IMG/VR virus record: IMGVR_UViG_3300032213_000542
Coordinates: 1,966-65,965 of that record
DNA: 64,000 nt
Origin: a virus
Lineage: Duplodnaviria; Caudoviricetes
Direction: 5' to 3' (one strand)
Shown here: in pieces, positions 62,558 to 64,000 of the stretch
Layout of the letters: every line of letters starts with the position of its first letter
Position numbering within the stretch: the first letter of the stretch is position 1
Position numbers and translations under genes: made by a program
The notes under the pieces: generated by a model
Databases searched by the model: none
Told to the model about the DNA's origin: nothing
The model's input: only the letters and a program-made list of their open reading frames with translations

Positions 62558-64000
62558 TGGCTATCAATCTTGACCACTTAACAGAACAAATCCAAGTAAC
62601 GGATGAAGCGACTAATGCTTCGCTGACGGTTCAACCTAAAGGCACTGGTGCGTTCAACATAGCAGCAGGTAATTCAGGGGTAAACGTCAGCAACGGCGGG
62701 ACTGTTACTGCTATTACTAGGACTGGTGGTGGTACATATACTGGATTTGTAACTGCCACAATTTCAGCGCCAACTACCGCTGGCGGCACAACTGCCACCG
62801 CAACTACATACACAGGTTCTAGTGCCGCAACAGTTGCATCGGGCGGAACAGGTTACACCCTTAATGATGTGATTTCTGTTGTTGGCGGCACAGGGCTGAC
62901 AACTCAAACATTTACCGTCACTGGAGTTTCTGCTGGAGTTGTTACTGCTGTAACAATTGCAACCTTTGGTAGATACACCGTGTTGCCATCAAACCCAGTA
63001 TCAGTAACAGGTGGCACAGGGAGTGGTGCAACACTGAACTTAATTAACTACACCTTGACCGACATTGGTGTAGCAACGGCAGGTTCAGGCTATGTTGAGC
63101 AACCCACAATTACGTTTAGTGGTGGTACTGGCTCTGGTGCTGCTGCTTATGCTACTGTGGGTGGTACAGCAACAGTTAGAGGCCTTGGGACAAATCTGGA
63201 CTTTTTTGGAGCTGGTGGTCGAGGCGCACGAATTAACACAGGGTTTTACTCTGGCGCATTAACCGATTGGGTGACTTTCGTCCCGTCTACTTTTGGTGGG
63301 CCAACTATTCTTGGAGATAACGGGTCTGGAGGAAACGTAGGCTTGCGTTTAAGTTCTTCTGGAACGTCCCCAATAGATGTTTTTACAAACGGAACTGGGC
63401 AGAGGCAATTTAGCGTATCCCACACAGCCTCTGCTGTGAACTACGTACAGGTTACTGGTGCGGCTACTGGTAATGCGACAACAATTTCAACTCAGGGTAG
63501 TGATTCTTCGATAACTTCCAACTACTCATCCAAAGGCCCGTTTTCTCAGCACATCTTTTTAATTAACGGCTATACATCGTTTCAAGTTGCGGCATCAAAC
63601 GGAGTAGTAGTAAACAGGTTAAGCGCACAAGCGTCTTTAACAGGCTTTGGCCCCGTCTTATCTGCCCAAGGCTCAGACACAAACATCCCCCTAGTCCTTC
63701 AACCAAAAGGCACAGGAGCCTTACAAGCCCAACAGACAGACTCTACAGCCACAGGGGGTAATGCTAGGGGTGCATATGCTGTTGATTGGCAGACAGGACG
63801 CACAGGCGCATCTCAAGTTGCTTCTGGACAATACAACGTCATTGGTGGTGGTTTTGCAAATACAGCAAGCGCGTTTAACTCCACAGTTGCTGGCGGTAAC
63901 GGAAACGTAGGTGCTGGCTCATACTGTTTTATTGGCGGTGGATTAGCAAACAGCACAAGCGGTCAGGCATACTCGTCTGCTGTAGGCGGTCAATCTAATA
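62557..64000 (+). CDS. Second tail fibre-like protein (runs off the window end)
   Basis: TAATG-coupled ATG at 62557; reads MAINLDHLTEQ...; near the end GTGALQAQ...GGNARGAYAVDWQT and GGG..N repeats; absent from the ORF track, consistent with no stop in the window. Confidence 0.75.
   Translation, partial: MAINLDHLTEQIQVTDEATNASLTVQPKGTGAFNIAAGNSGVNVSNGGTVTAITRTGGGTYTGFVTATISAPTTAGGTTATATTYTGSSAATVASGGTGYTLNDVISVVGGTGLTTQTFTVTGVSAGVVTAVTIATFGRYTVLPSNPVSVTGGTGSGATLNLINYTLTDIGVATAGSGYVEQPTITFSGGTGSGAAAYATVGGTATVRGLGTNLDFFGAGGRGARINTGFYSGALTDWVTFVPSTFGGPTILGDNGSGGNVGLRLSSSGTSPIDVFTNGTGQRQFSVSHTASAVNYVQVTGAATGNATTISTQGSDSSITSNYSSKGPFSQHIFLINGYTSFQVAASNGVVVNRLSAQASLTGFGPVLSAQGSDTNIPLVLQPKGTGALQAQQTDSTATGGNARGAYAVDWQTGRTGASQVASGQYNVIGGGFANTASAFNSTVAGGNGNVGAGSYCFIGGGLANSTSGQAYSSAVGGQSN

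Larger units (their letters stand above)
1..64000. mobile_element. Tailed dsDNA bacteriophage genome segment (podovirus-like, apparently lytic)
   Basis: Terminase, portal, capsid, tail, lysis and replication modules in two oppositely transcribed arms; no bacterial housekeeping genes or integrase seen. Confidence 0.96.

Noticed and set aside
1-64000. Prophage or temperate lifestyle
   Set aside because: No integrase, att-like junction, partition genes or host genes in the window; the unseen remainder of the genome cannot be assessed

Overview
The window is most of a tailed dsDNA phage genome (podovirus-like: portal, major capsid, P22-gp10-like tail stabilisation protein, internal/ejection proteins, no tape measure). 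It has two arms. A + strand packaging/structural arm runs 44932-64000 and appears to continue at 1-22026: terminase, portal, GroES, scaffold, capsid, small basic proteins, neck/tail, fibres, GH19 lysis cassette, SLT protein and a 2507-aa LPD38-type protein. A - strand early/replication arm runs 44363 down to 22004: many small ORFs, an M28-type peptidase, family A DNA polymerase, Cas4-like and VRR-NUC nucleases, SNF2 helicase, SSB-like protein and primase-helicase. I saw no integrase, tRNA, rRNA or CRISPR array. The most notable sequence-level observations are: (1) an HNH-type endonuclease gene flanked by two copies of the polymerase 5' end, with the upstream copy decayed into the endonuclease's ribosome-binding site; (2) a recurrent hydrophobic-A-x-GG peptide motif shared by ejection proteins and small basic proteins; (3) two families of 16-bp palindromic sites; (4) a 19-bp perfect inverted repeat around an AT-rich core (candidate origin); (5) a double-pseudoknot-like RNA just downstream of the capsid gene. 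Product calls rest on motif recognition and synteny only; no database searches were run.
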